Shown: positions 39,515 to 46,950 of the stretch, piece by piece
Layout: each line of letters opens with the position of its first letter
Position numbering within the stretch: position 1 is the first letter of the stretch
IMG/VR virus record: IMGVR_UViG_3300050500_000285
Strand: one strand, 5' to 3'
Origin: a virus
Length of the DNA stretch: 48,092 nucleotides
Made by a program: the position numbers and the translations under genes
Notes under the pieces: generated by a model
Told to the model about the DNA's origin: nothing
Databases searched by the model: none
The model's input: the letters and a program-made list of their open reading frames with translations, nothing else

Positions 39515-40048
39515 ATGGGTGATCGCATACCGCCGCTGTTGCGGCAACGAATCGAGTTGTTGAAGGGTACCAAGTTCGAAATGCCGCCGGAGACGTTCGA
39601 GCGCGCGACGAAATGCCAAGCCGTGTTCGATCGCGTGCTCGTGTGGCAGTGGCCGGAGCCGTGGTACGGCGGAGACAAGTTCCACGGCACCGACATCGAC
39701 AAGTCAGAGTCGACCAAGGCCCGTCAGGCCTACGACACACCGCGAGGCATCATCGTGTCCGCCGGTCTGAACGCGCTCGACGTGCTGCGCTCGCAGGGCA
39801 TGGACGTGGGTCACGTCGTGCACTTCTGCGTCAACAGCCTGTATCGCAGGCCGCTCGACGACCACGACAGCAAGCACCTAGCGCTCTTGCGCGTCGGCGA
39901 CATCGTGGACTCGGAGGACCTGGCCGACGCCATCGATAACAACCTGTGCAGGGTTGATGTGTTCGACACGATGAGCGGTCAGGAGCACCGCATCGTGGGC
40001 CCGAGCGGCGCTCCGTGGTCGCCCAAGCTTCCGTGGATGGAGAGTTGA
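39515..40048 (+). CDS. GroES/Cpn10-like protein (177 aa)
   Basis: It is collinear with the GroES pattern: FDRVLVWQ ... PRGIIVSAG ... MDVGHVVHF ... LALLRVGDIV. It carries N-terminal and loop insertions and sits in the head-morphogenesis module. Confidence 0.45.
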   Translation: MGDRIPPLLRQRIELLKGTKFEMPPETFERATKCQAVFDRVLVWQWPEPWYGGDKFHGTDIDKSESTKARQAYDTPRGIIVSAGLNALDVLRSQGMDVGHVVHFCVNSLYRRPLDDHDSKHLALLRVGDIVDSEDLADAIDNNLCRVDVFDTMSGQEHRIVGPSGAPWSPKLPWMES

Positions 40049-40050
40049 CC

Positions 40051-41031
40051 ATGGCCGCACCAAGCGATGTTGATTCGTCCGCGGCGAACGACCGCGACAA
40101 ACAGAAGCTGCTCGACGCTGCCAGGGAAGCGGAGGGTGGCGAAAGGGTTGAGCGCGAGCCGGAGCCCGACATCGAGGTCGAAGGCGAAGGCGAGCGACCG
40201 CCTGCCGAAGAGCCTGGTGACGACGGCGAGCCCGGCGACGAGCCGCGCGTGGAGGAGCCGAGGCAGCCGCGCGAGGAGCGCAGGACCAATCGCTATGCGG
40301 AGGCCCAGCGCGCGTTCGAAGAGGAGCGCGCGCGGCGCATGGCGCTCGAGGCGCAGCTAGCAGCGACGCGTCAGCCGCCCACCCCACAGCGATCCGTGCA
40401 GGAGCTGGAAGAGGAGGCGAGAGAGCTGTATCGGCGCGACATTCAGGCCGTGCAGCAGGCACGCATGGACCTGCAGCAGGTCGTGAGGGCGAACAAGGAC
40501 AACTACACGCCCGAAGTCGAACAGCGCGTGATGAACGAAGATGCCAACCTGCGCATTCTCGAGGCAGACGCGCAAGAGCGATACCTTGAGCGGCGCAGGG
40601 CGGCCAACCGACCGCCACCGGGACCAGCTCCGAACCCGGCCATCCAGGTGGTCATGGGACGCTACCAGGACGTCGTCAAAGACCCGCTTGGCCTGCGCTA
40701 CGCGGACACCTACTACATGGAGAAAAAGCGCGAGGGGAAGCCGCACGACGAGGTGGAGCTGGTCGAAGAGTCGATGCGGTTCGGGCGCGCCAAGCTGCGA
40801 GGCGAAGCCTTCTCACCAGCCACCCGCGAGCGCCCCAAGCCGACCAAAGAGCAGAAGGCCAAGTACACCGGCACGGGCTCGAACGGAGCCGCGGCGCCGC
40901 CGTCGCCAAACGGCCGCATGACTATCACAGTCGAGGAAAACAAGGTCGCGCAGAAGCTTTACGCGCACATTCCCGAGCCAGCCGAGCGGCGGAGGATGTA
41001 TTACAAGAACGTCAAAATGAAGCGCGCGTAG
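40051..41031 (+). CDS. Scaffolding protein candidate (326 aa)
   Basis: The protein is highly charged (Glu/Arg/Gln/Asp/Lys-rich) and predicted coiled-coil. It lies between the portal and capsid genes. GGAGAG lies 8 nt upstream of the ATG. Confidence 0.55.
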   Translation: MAAPSDVDSSAANDRDKQKLLDAAREAEGGERVEREPEPDIEVEGEGERPPAEEPGDDGEPGDEPRVEEPRQPREERRTNRYAEAQRAFEEERARRMALEAQLAATRQPPTPQRSVQELEEEARELYRRDIQAVQQARMDLQQVVRANKDNYTPEVEQRVMNEDANLRILEADAQERYLERRRAANRPPPGPAPNPAIQVVMGRYQDVVKDPLGLRYADTYYMEKKREGKPHDEVELVEESMRFGRAKLRGEAFSPATRERPKPTKEQKAKYTGTGSNGAAAPPSPNGRMTITVEENKVAQKLYAHIPEPAERRRMYYKNVKMKRA

Positions 41032-41082
41032 CCTCCCGCTTGACACCTGCCCGGCCGTGGAGCTACCGTTTGCGAATCGGCG

Positions 41083-41104
41083 GCCCCGCCCAGCCAGGCG
41101 GGGC
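41083..41104 (+). terminator. GC-rich hairpin after the scaffold gene (GCCCCGCC / GGCGGGGC, 6-nt loop), weak U-tract
   Basis: Read directly from the sequence. It is followed by TCGTCTGATTC, so it may be an attenuator or stabiliser rather than a full terminator. Confidence 0.3.
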
Positions 41105-41194
41105 TCGTCTGATTCAGCGGGCGGTGCCACGGCCGTTTCGTTGCGGAGCAAGGTGGGGACCCAGACCGGTCTGCAAGGCGGTCTGGGAGAGCCC

Positions 41195-41725
41195 ATGGTT
41201 TTGCCGCAGCAGAGAAACGCCGAAAGCGCGCCCCGCAAGGACCCGGAGTTCCGCCACATCGCTGGCGTGCGGGTTGACGAAACTCGGATTCTGAACAAGG
41301 ACCCGCGCCGGCACTACCGGCTCATCGACGACGGCTCGGATCAGCGGTCCATTTTCTGCCCGTCGATGTACGAGCAGGTCGGGTTCCGCGTCGAGCAGTG
41401 GCCGACGTTTGAGGGGCTGAAGGGAGACGCGCTGACGCGCGCCCGCTCCCAGGCGCTGCAGTTCGCCGGACGCCCGTTCGGGATCCCAGGCGAAAAGATG
41501 ATGCTGCGCGGACACGTGCTGATGAGCGTCGACGTCGAGGCTCTGCGGGAGATGGACCGCGAGTCCCAGAAGTACTCCGACGAGCTCGCCGATGCGATCG
41601 ACCCGTCGAAGGCACTGGCGCGCATGCGCGCCGAATCCGACCCAGGCAGGTCGAAGCTGGCTCTGGACATGGCTGGCGACAGGGACATGGCTGGCGCGGA
41701 GCGATTCGACAACGTGGACGGCTAG
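41195..41725 (+). CDS. Hypothetical head-module protein (176 aa)
   Basis: ATG at 41195 is preceded by GGGAGAG. The track start at 41057 lies in the hairpin region. Confidence 0.55.
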   Translation: MVLPQQRNAESAPRKDPEFRHIAGVRVDETRILNKDPRRHYRLIDDGSDQRSIFCPSMYEQVGFRVEQWPTFEGLKGDALTRARSQALQFAGRPFGIPGEKMMLRGHVLMSVDVEALREMDRESQKYSDELADAIDPSKALARMRAESDPGRSKLALDMAGDRDMAGAERFDNVDG

Positions 41726-41751
41726 CGGCGCTGGCCGTGGAGGGATAGGCG

Positions 41752-42384
41752 ATGGCTGACAATCTGGTGCGGTACGGGTTCCGACCCTTCAAGGGTCAAT
41801 ACTCGAGCGAAGAGAAGCTCGAGGAGTGGCCGGTGGCGAGTGCCTACCAGGCGTCCCCCGGCGCGGTCAACGTGCCGCTGCGTGTCGGCGACGCCGTCAT
41901 CCGCGTGAGCGACGGCACCGTCGCCATCGCCGTCGCTGGCAGCGCCGGCAAGGTGTACGGCGTGATCGAGGGAATCGTGCAGGTGTACGACGCCGCGGTC
42001 GGCGCCCCGGTCAAGGCCAAGACGGTTCCCGGCGGCACCACGTGGACGGGCCTGGTGAACCAGACCAAGGTGCTCGTGCGCCCTGTCAAGGGCGTCATCT
42101 TCGAGGTCGACGCGGACGACGCGACGACGGCCACGACCGAGGCGGCCTACCAGGCGTACCGCGGCGAGAACGCGGACATCAGCTACTCGACGGTGCTGAA
42201 CGTCGGAGCGTTCCCAAAGCTCGACATCAGCACGCACGCCACCACCAACACTCTCCAGCTGAACATCGTGGGCATTTCGCCCACGGGTGACAACCGCGAC
42301 TTTGCCGGCGCCAACGTGAAGTTGCTCGTCCAGTTCAACCTGGTCGACGACAACCACGGCCTGCCGCAGACGACGGGAGTGTAA
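41752..42384 (+). CDS. Head decoration/cement-like protein candidate (210 aa)
   Basis: It lies directly upstream of the major capsid gene. The beta-rich segment GDAVIRVSDGTVAIAVAGSAGKVYGVIEG recalls DUF2190-type decoration proteins. Confidence 0.4.
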   Translation: MADNLVRYGFRPFKGQYSSEEKLEEWPVASAYQASPGAVNVPLRVGDAVIRVSDGTVAIAVAGSAGKVYGVIEGIVQVYDAAVGAPVKAKTVPGGTTWTGLVNQTKVLVRPVKGVIFEVDADDATTATTEAAYQAYRGENADISYSTVLNVGAFPKLDISTHATTNTLQLNIVGISPTGDNRDFAGANVKLLVQFNLVDDNHGLPQTTGV

Positions 42385-42388
42385 GCAC

Positions 42389-43294
42389 ATGGCACTGACA
42401 ACTTCCGAGATCTTCCGCCTGCTCAAGCCCACGCTGCGTGAGGTGCTGACCGACAAAACGGACAACATCCAGCGCAACGTCGCGTTCACGAAGTTCATGA
42501 ACGTGAAGGACATCGACGACGCCTACGTCGATGACACCGAGATCGCTGGCCCCGGCCTCGTGGCGCGCAAGCCAGAGGGCACGGAAATCGCGCTCGGCCA
42601 GGTCAAGGCGGGCTTCCAGAAGCGCTACACCCCGGAGACCTTCGCGCTCAAGCTGACGGTCACGAAGGAAGCGCAGGAGGACAACAAGTACACGGAGGCC
42701 GTCCCGTTCGCGCGCTTCATGAAGAAGAGCATGTGGACCACGGCCGACGTGGAGTCCGCGCTCGTCTTGGCGCGCGCCGAGAACACCGCCTACCCGGGCG
42801 GCGACGCCGTTCCGCTCGCGAGCGCGAGCCACACGCTGCCGCACGGCGGCACGTTCAGCAACACGATGGCGACCCCGATGTCGCCCAGCAACGCGGCGCT
42901 CGCCATCGCGCGCGCCGCGCTGACCCGCATGCCGGACCTGAACGGCATCATCTCGCCGCTCATGGCCAAGAAGGTCGTGTTTCCGGTGGCGCAGGAGTCG
43001 CTGTGGGACGTGCTGCTGGGCTCGGCGAAGTCGCCAGAGGCAGGCCAGTTCAACGCGCTTAACATCGCGTACAAGATGAACCTGGAGCCCGTCCGCGTGC
43101 ACCACTGGGTGAACACGGACACCAACTGGGCGCTCATCTCCGACGCCGACAACGGGCTCAACTTCATGTGGCGCATTCGTCCCCAGGAGCGCACCTGGAT
43201 GGACAACGACAACGACATCGTCAAGTTTGCTATCCGCGCTCGGTTCACCACGGGCTGGACCAACGCGCGCGGAATCTTCTTCGTGGGCGTGTAA
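42389..43294 (+). CDS. Major capsid protein, HK97-fold type (301 aa)
   Basis: The call rests on its size, its position after the scaffold and decoration-like genes, and sequence character (..FALKLTVTKEAQEDNKY.., ..NWALISDADNGLNFMWRIRPQ..FAIRARFTTGW). Confidence 0.7.
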   Translation: MALTTSEIFRLLKPTLREVLTDKTDNIQRNVAFTKFMNVKDIDDAYVDDTEIAGPGLVARKPEGTEIALGQVKAGFQKRYTPETFALKLTVTKEAQEDNKYTEAVPFARFMKKSMWTTADVESALVLARAENTAYPGGDAVPLASASHTLPHGGTFSNTMATPMSPSNAALAIARAALTRMPDLNGIISPLMAKKVVFPVAQESLWDVLLGSAKSPEAGQFNALNIAYKMNLEPVRVHHWVNTDTNWALISDADNGLNFMWRIRPQERTWMDNDNDIVKFAIRARFTTGWTNARGIFFVGV

Positions 43295-43303
43295 GGAGCT
43301 GCC

Positions 43304-44254
43304 ATGACGCTACCGATCGGAAACGTTCCGCAGATCCCTTTCCAGCTCGCATCCGGCGGGCTGCGCACGGAGCTCGGCACCTTCACGCCGCCAGGCGGAA
43401 GGGTGGTCGCCTACGTGCATCACGCCGGCCAATCGCGGCTGACGGACATCACGGCGGCCACGACCGTGCCGAACGTGTGCAAGACGCTGAACGAGGCATT
43501 GCGCCAGTGCCAGTCGGGCTGGGGTGATACGGTGCTCGTGCTTCCCGGCCATGCCGAGGACATCTCGGCCGCCGACCAGATGAGCGGCCTGGTGGCGGGC
43601 ACGCGTATCATCGGCCTGGGCAACGGCAACAACCGCCCCACGTTCACGTGGACGGCTGCGGCTGCCACGTTCTTGCTCGACGTCGCGAACGTGCGCATCG
43701 AGAACTGCATTCTGAACATGGACCCCGGCGCCGGAACGGTGAACGTCGCCGCGCCCATCACGGTCTCTGCGGCAGGCTGCCAGATCGTGAACTGCAAGGT
43801 CCGAATGGGGACCGACGCGAACAGCAAGGTCACCATCGGCATCACTACCACTGCCGCCGGTGACGACCTCGCGATCGTCAACTGCGACATCTACGGCGCA
43901 TCGGCGTCGGCCATTACGACCGGCATTCGCTGCGTCGGAGCTGACCGGCTACGACTCGTCGGCACCATCGTGAACGTTGGGACATCCGCGGATGCTGTGG
44001 GGGCGGTTCAGTTCCTCACCACCGCGTCGCTGGACATCCTGATTTCCAACTGCGCATTCAACAACAGCAGGGCAACATCCACGGCCGCGCTTACCGGCAT
44101 GGCCGGAATCACTGGGCTCGTCGAGGAGGCGAGCCTGGCGATTGGCGGCGCGACCGGGGCGGGCACTGGGTTCACGACTCGCGGGGCGGTCAACATCGGC
44201 AGGAACGTGGTGCAGAGCACGGACGACGGCTCCGCCGCCGTCGCGCTGAGCTAA
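43304..44254 (+). CDS. Right-handed parallel beta-helix repeat protein (316 aa)
   Basis: It has the CKTLNEALRQCQSGWGDTVLVLPGHAED entry motif, followed by repeated I.NC.I/V.N turns (IENCILNM, IVNCKVRM, IVNCDIYG, ISNCAFNN). Confidence 0.6.
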   Translation: MTLPIGNVPQIPFQLASGGLRTELGTFTPPGGRVVAYVHHAGQSRLTDITAATTVPNVCKTLNEALRQCQSGWGDTVLVLPGHAEDISAADQMSGLVAGTRIIGLGNGNNRPTFTWTAAAATFLLDVANVRIENCILNMDPGAGTVNVAAPITVSAAGCQIVNCKVRMGTDANSKVTIGITTTAAGDDLAIVNCDIYGASASAITTGIRCVGADRLRLVGTIVNVGTSADAVGAVQFLTTASLDILISNCAFNNSRATSTAALTGMAGITGLVEEASLAIGGATGAGTGFTTRGAVNIGRNVVQSTDDGSAAVALS

Positions 44255-44292
44255 GGCTTCCGCCTCCTCCGGCGCGCCGTTTTGGGCGCTTG

Positions 44293-44320
44293 CTCCCCCG
44301 GGGCGGAGGCGCCGGGGGAG
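44293..44320 (+). other. 9-bp GC hairpin (CTCCCCCGG / CCGGGGGAG, 10-nt loop) after the beta-helix gene
   Basis: Read directly from the sequence. There is no U-tract on either strand. Confidence 0.4.
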
Positions 44321-44341
44321 CGTGGTTCAGGAGGGGAGAGC

Positions 44342-44587
44342 ATGGAACGCACCATCGGTCACAAGTGGACGGCATCGCTCTGCGGCGCCGGGCTTTGTGA
44401 CGACTGCGGCGTGCGCTTCCCACTCGACCAGCTGCGCCGCAACGCTGACGGCTTCCTGAACTGTCGCGACTGCAGCGTAGGCCGCACGCGTACGGAGCTC
44501 GACGAAGAGCGAGCGGAGGCGGCGTACGACGTCGACCAGCGCGAGCTCGACGAAGAGCAGGCGCGTTTTGACCTAGGAGTCGACTAG
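44342..44587 (+). CDS. Four-Cys zinc-ribbon protein with an acidic C-terminus (81 aa)
   Basis: GGAGGGGAG RBS. It contains LCDDCG...NCRDC. Confidence 0.55.
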   Translation: MERTIGHKWTASLCGAGLCDDCGVRFPLDQLRRNADGFLNCRDCSVGRTRTELDEERAEAAYDVDQRELDEEQARFDLGVD

Positions 44588-45291
44588 TGACAATCGCCGC
44601 AACAAGAACGCGTGAGCTCGACATCAACGCGATCGTGAAGCGCGCGATGCAGCTCGCCGGGCTGATGGAGCCAGGCGCGTCTGTCACCGACCCGCTGTTC
44701 GGTCCGCGGCGAGAGATGTCCATGGATTTCCTGGACACGATTTGCAAGAGCATTCAGAACGAGGCCGTCATCGACCGCCACGTGGTGCGCGCCACGGCTC
44801 CGGTGACTGCGACTGTGGCCACGGTCACGCTGAACACCAGCACAATGATGCTGCTCGGCATGGTGATGTTCGCCCCGACCGGCATCGCTTACGAGACGCC
44901 AATCAAGGTGCTGAGCATCGACGAGTACCAAACCATCGGCGACAAGACGGTCACCGGCACGCCCAGCACGGGCTACTTCGCGCGCCAGCCGACGCCCACG
45001 CTCACGCTGTGGCCGGTTCCGGACGCTGACGGCACGGCTACGTACGAGTACCACACGCTCGTTGCCGACGTGTCGCTTGCGACAGACACGCTGGACTTTG
45101 AGCGCCACTGGGAGCAGTTCTTCATTTGGGAGCTCGCCCACCAGCTGTTGTTTGCGTCCGGCGTGGCCCTGGACCGCTGCTCGTACGCCAACAAGCGCTC
45201 GCAGGAAAAGCTCGAGACTGCCAAGTCGTACTCGCGCAGTCATCAACCGCTGCGCTTCAGAGTTTTCCACCCGACCGGCTGGAGGAAATAG
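44587..45291 (+). CDS. Head-to-tail adaptor candidate (234 aa)
   Basis: The GTG start overlaps the previous stop (TAGTG). It lies between the capsid and tailspike genes and is of a size typical for podovirus adaptors. Confidence 0.4.
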   Translation: MTIAATRTRELDINAIVKRAMQLAGLMEPGASVTDPLFGPRREMSMDFLDTICKSIQNEAVIDRHVVRATAPVTATVATVTLNTSTMMLLGMVMFAPTGIAYETPIKVLSIDEYQTIGDKTVTGTPSTGYFARQPTPTLTLWPVPDADGTATYEYHTLVADVSLATDTLDFERHWEQFFIWELAHQLLFASGVALDRCSYANKRSQEKLETAKSYSRSHQPLRFRVFHPTGWRK

Positions 45292-45293
45292 CC

Positions 45294-46946
45294 GTGCACC
45301 TACTCGCCCCCCTTGCTGCTGGGATGGCCGGAGCCGCTGGCGGCACGGTCGACGTGTACGCACGCGGCACGACCACGCCCCTCACGCTCTACACCGACTT
45401 CGAAGGCACGGTTACGACGGGGAACCCGGTGACGCTCGACGCCAACGGTCGCGCGAAGGTTTACGTGGACCAGTACGCCCGGTGCCTGGTCAAGACACCT
45501 GGCGGCGCGACAGTCATCGACTTCGTGGACGGCAAGGACGCGAACGCGGTCGAGCTGCGTAGCGCGAGCATCATCGGCAACGCATACGTGGGCGGCGCGG
45601 CGGCGGCCGGAAATCCGATCTCTGTTGAGGCCGCGTTCAACAAGCTTGTTACCAGCTTCGGCTCCACCGACTTCAACGTGCTTCTGGCGGGGGTGAGCGT
45701 CACGGCACAGGCCGCGATCGGAGCGCTTTGGCGCGCTCGCGTGTTCGACGTGAAGCAGTACGGCGCGCTCGGCGATGGAGCCACCAACGACCTGGCTGCC
45801 ATCAACGCGGCGGCGGCGGCGGCGAACACGGCTGGCGGCGGCATCGTGTTCTTCCCGCCGGGCACGTACCAGATTACGGCCGGGCTCACGCTCTACGCGA
45901 CGGTCGAGTATGTTGGCGTAGGGCCAACGCTGTCCATCATCCGGGCGGCCACAGACTTTGTCGTTTTCACGGGCTCAACGATGCCGCTGGCAGTCAGGAA
46001 GCTGGGGCTCGGCAAGTCTGGCTCGATGACCACGTGGGTGTCGGTAACCGGGTCTGCCTCGACTCGTTTTGAGGATTGCGCGTTCGCGAATACTAGCGTT
46101 TCGACGGCCAGCGCTGGTTTGCACCAGACGAGCACCGGTGTTGTGCGATACGTGCGCTGCACAATGGGCGCAGACTGCGCGTCGTCGACGCGTTTTCTCG
46201 GCGTGTACGGCAACGGCGAGATGGTGCTAGAGGATTGCTCCGTTTCGTTCATCGGAGCACAGGGCTATCAGGGAATAGTGTCTGGCTCCAACCCAGGTTA
46301 TGCGCGACTAACGCTGGTGAGAACCAAGTTCGACATGCAAACCGGCAGTGGATCCGGCGCTATCGCGGCTGAAGGTATCTGGGTGAACGACTACGCGGTG
46401 CTGCGCATGCACCAGTGCAGAAGCATCCCGGACGACAACTCCTCGTCACAGCAGAGCATCATCTACATGGTGAGCTCTACGGAGGCATACGTCTTCGAGG
46501 ACGGCAACGACTTCTCTGCGCACTATTCGCAGATACTGACCACATCCACGCACGGCCCATACCGCGGCACTGCGGCTGCAGCCGTGGCCCAGGCGCGGCG
46601 TGGCACGCGCGAGCTGGCGTCGTTGGATGCGCTGAACATGAATGGTTCGCCCATTGTGGCTCAGATTTTCCAGGCGAAGACGTCTGTCATTCGCACCACG
46701 GCTGGCGCTGGCACGCGGGTCATCAATGCGGACGAAGGAGGGGCGAGCGGAGAGCACGCAATCCTGGTCGTGCACAACGACACCGGCTCGTCCATCACGT
46801 ACCAGTGGGGGAGCTCCATGGCGTCGTCTGGAACCACCTTTGCGGTGGCCGCAAACAGCGTGCGCACATTCGGTCTGGTGTTTGTGACCGAACGTGACAA
46901 GTGGTTCTGCGTAAGCGACGTGGCCGGCGCCGAGACTGCGGAGTAA
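45294..46946 (+). CDS. Tailspike with a pectate-lyase-superfamily beta-helix domain (550 aa)
   Basis: GGAGG lies ~9 nt upstream of GTG 45294. It carries the signature VFDVKQYGALGDGATNDLAAINAAAAAANTAGGGIVFFPPGTYQIT. The track start at 45126 overlaps the adaptor gene. Confidence 0.7.
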   Translation: MHLLAPLAAGMAGAAGGTVDVYARGTTTPLTLYTDFEGTVTTGNPVTLDANGRAKVYVDQYARCLVKTPGGATVIDFVDGKDANAVELRSASIIGNAYVGGAAAAGNPISVEAAFNKLVTSFGSTDFNVLLAGVSVTAQAAIGALWRARVFDVKQYGALGDGATNDLAAINAAAAAANTAGGGIVFFPPGTYQITAGLTLYATVEYVGVGPTLSIIRAATDFVVFTGSTMPLAVRKLGLGKSGSMTTWVSVTGSASTRFEDCAFANTSVSTASAGLHQTSTGVVRYVRCTMGADCASSTRFLGVYGNGEMVLEDCSVSFIGAQGYQGIVSGSNPGYARLTLVRTKFDMQTGSGSGAIAAEGIWVNDYAVLRMHQCRSIPDDNSSSQQSIIYMVSSTEAYVFEDGNDFSAHYSQILTTSTHGPYRGTAAAAVAQARRGTRELASLDALNMNGSPIVAQIFQAKTSVIRTTAGAGTRVINADEGGASGEHAILVVHNDTGSSITYQWGSSMASSGTTFAVAANSVRTFGLVFVTERDKWFCVSDVAGAETAE

Positions 46947-46950
46947 CACA

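Noticed and set aside
37016-39685. An 889-aa ORF on the minus strand, the longest ORF in the track.
   Set aside because: It lies exactly antisense to the portal gene. Its translation is dominated by Arg/Leu/His/Val runs typical of shadow frames in GC-rich DNA, and it has no RBS or coupling context. The plus-strand frame has a sensible portal-like sequence and fits the gene order.
45126-45293. The upstream ATG (45126) given in the track as the tailspike start.
   Set aside because: It would overlap the adaptor gene by 166 nt in another frame and would add an Arg/Pro-rich leader. The GTG at 45294 follows the adaptor stop and has a GGAGG RBS.
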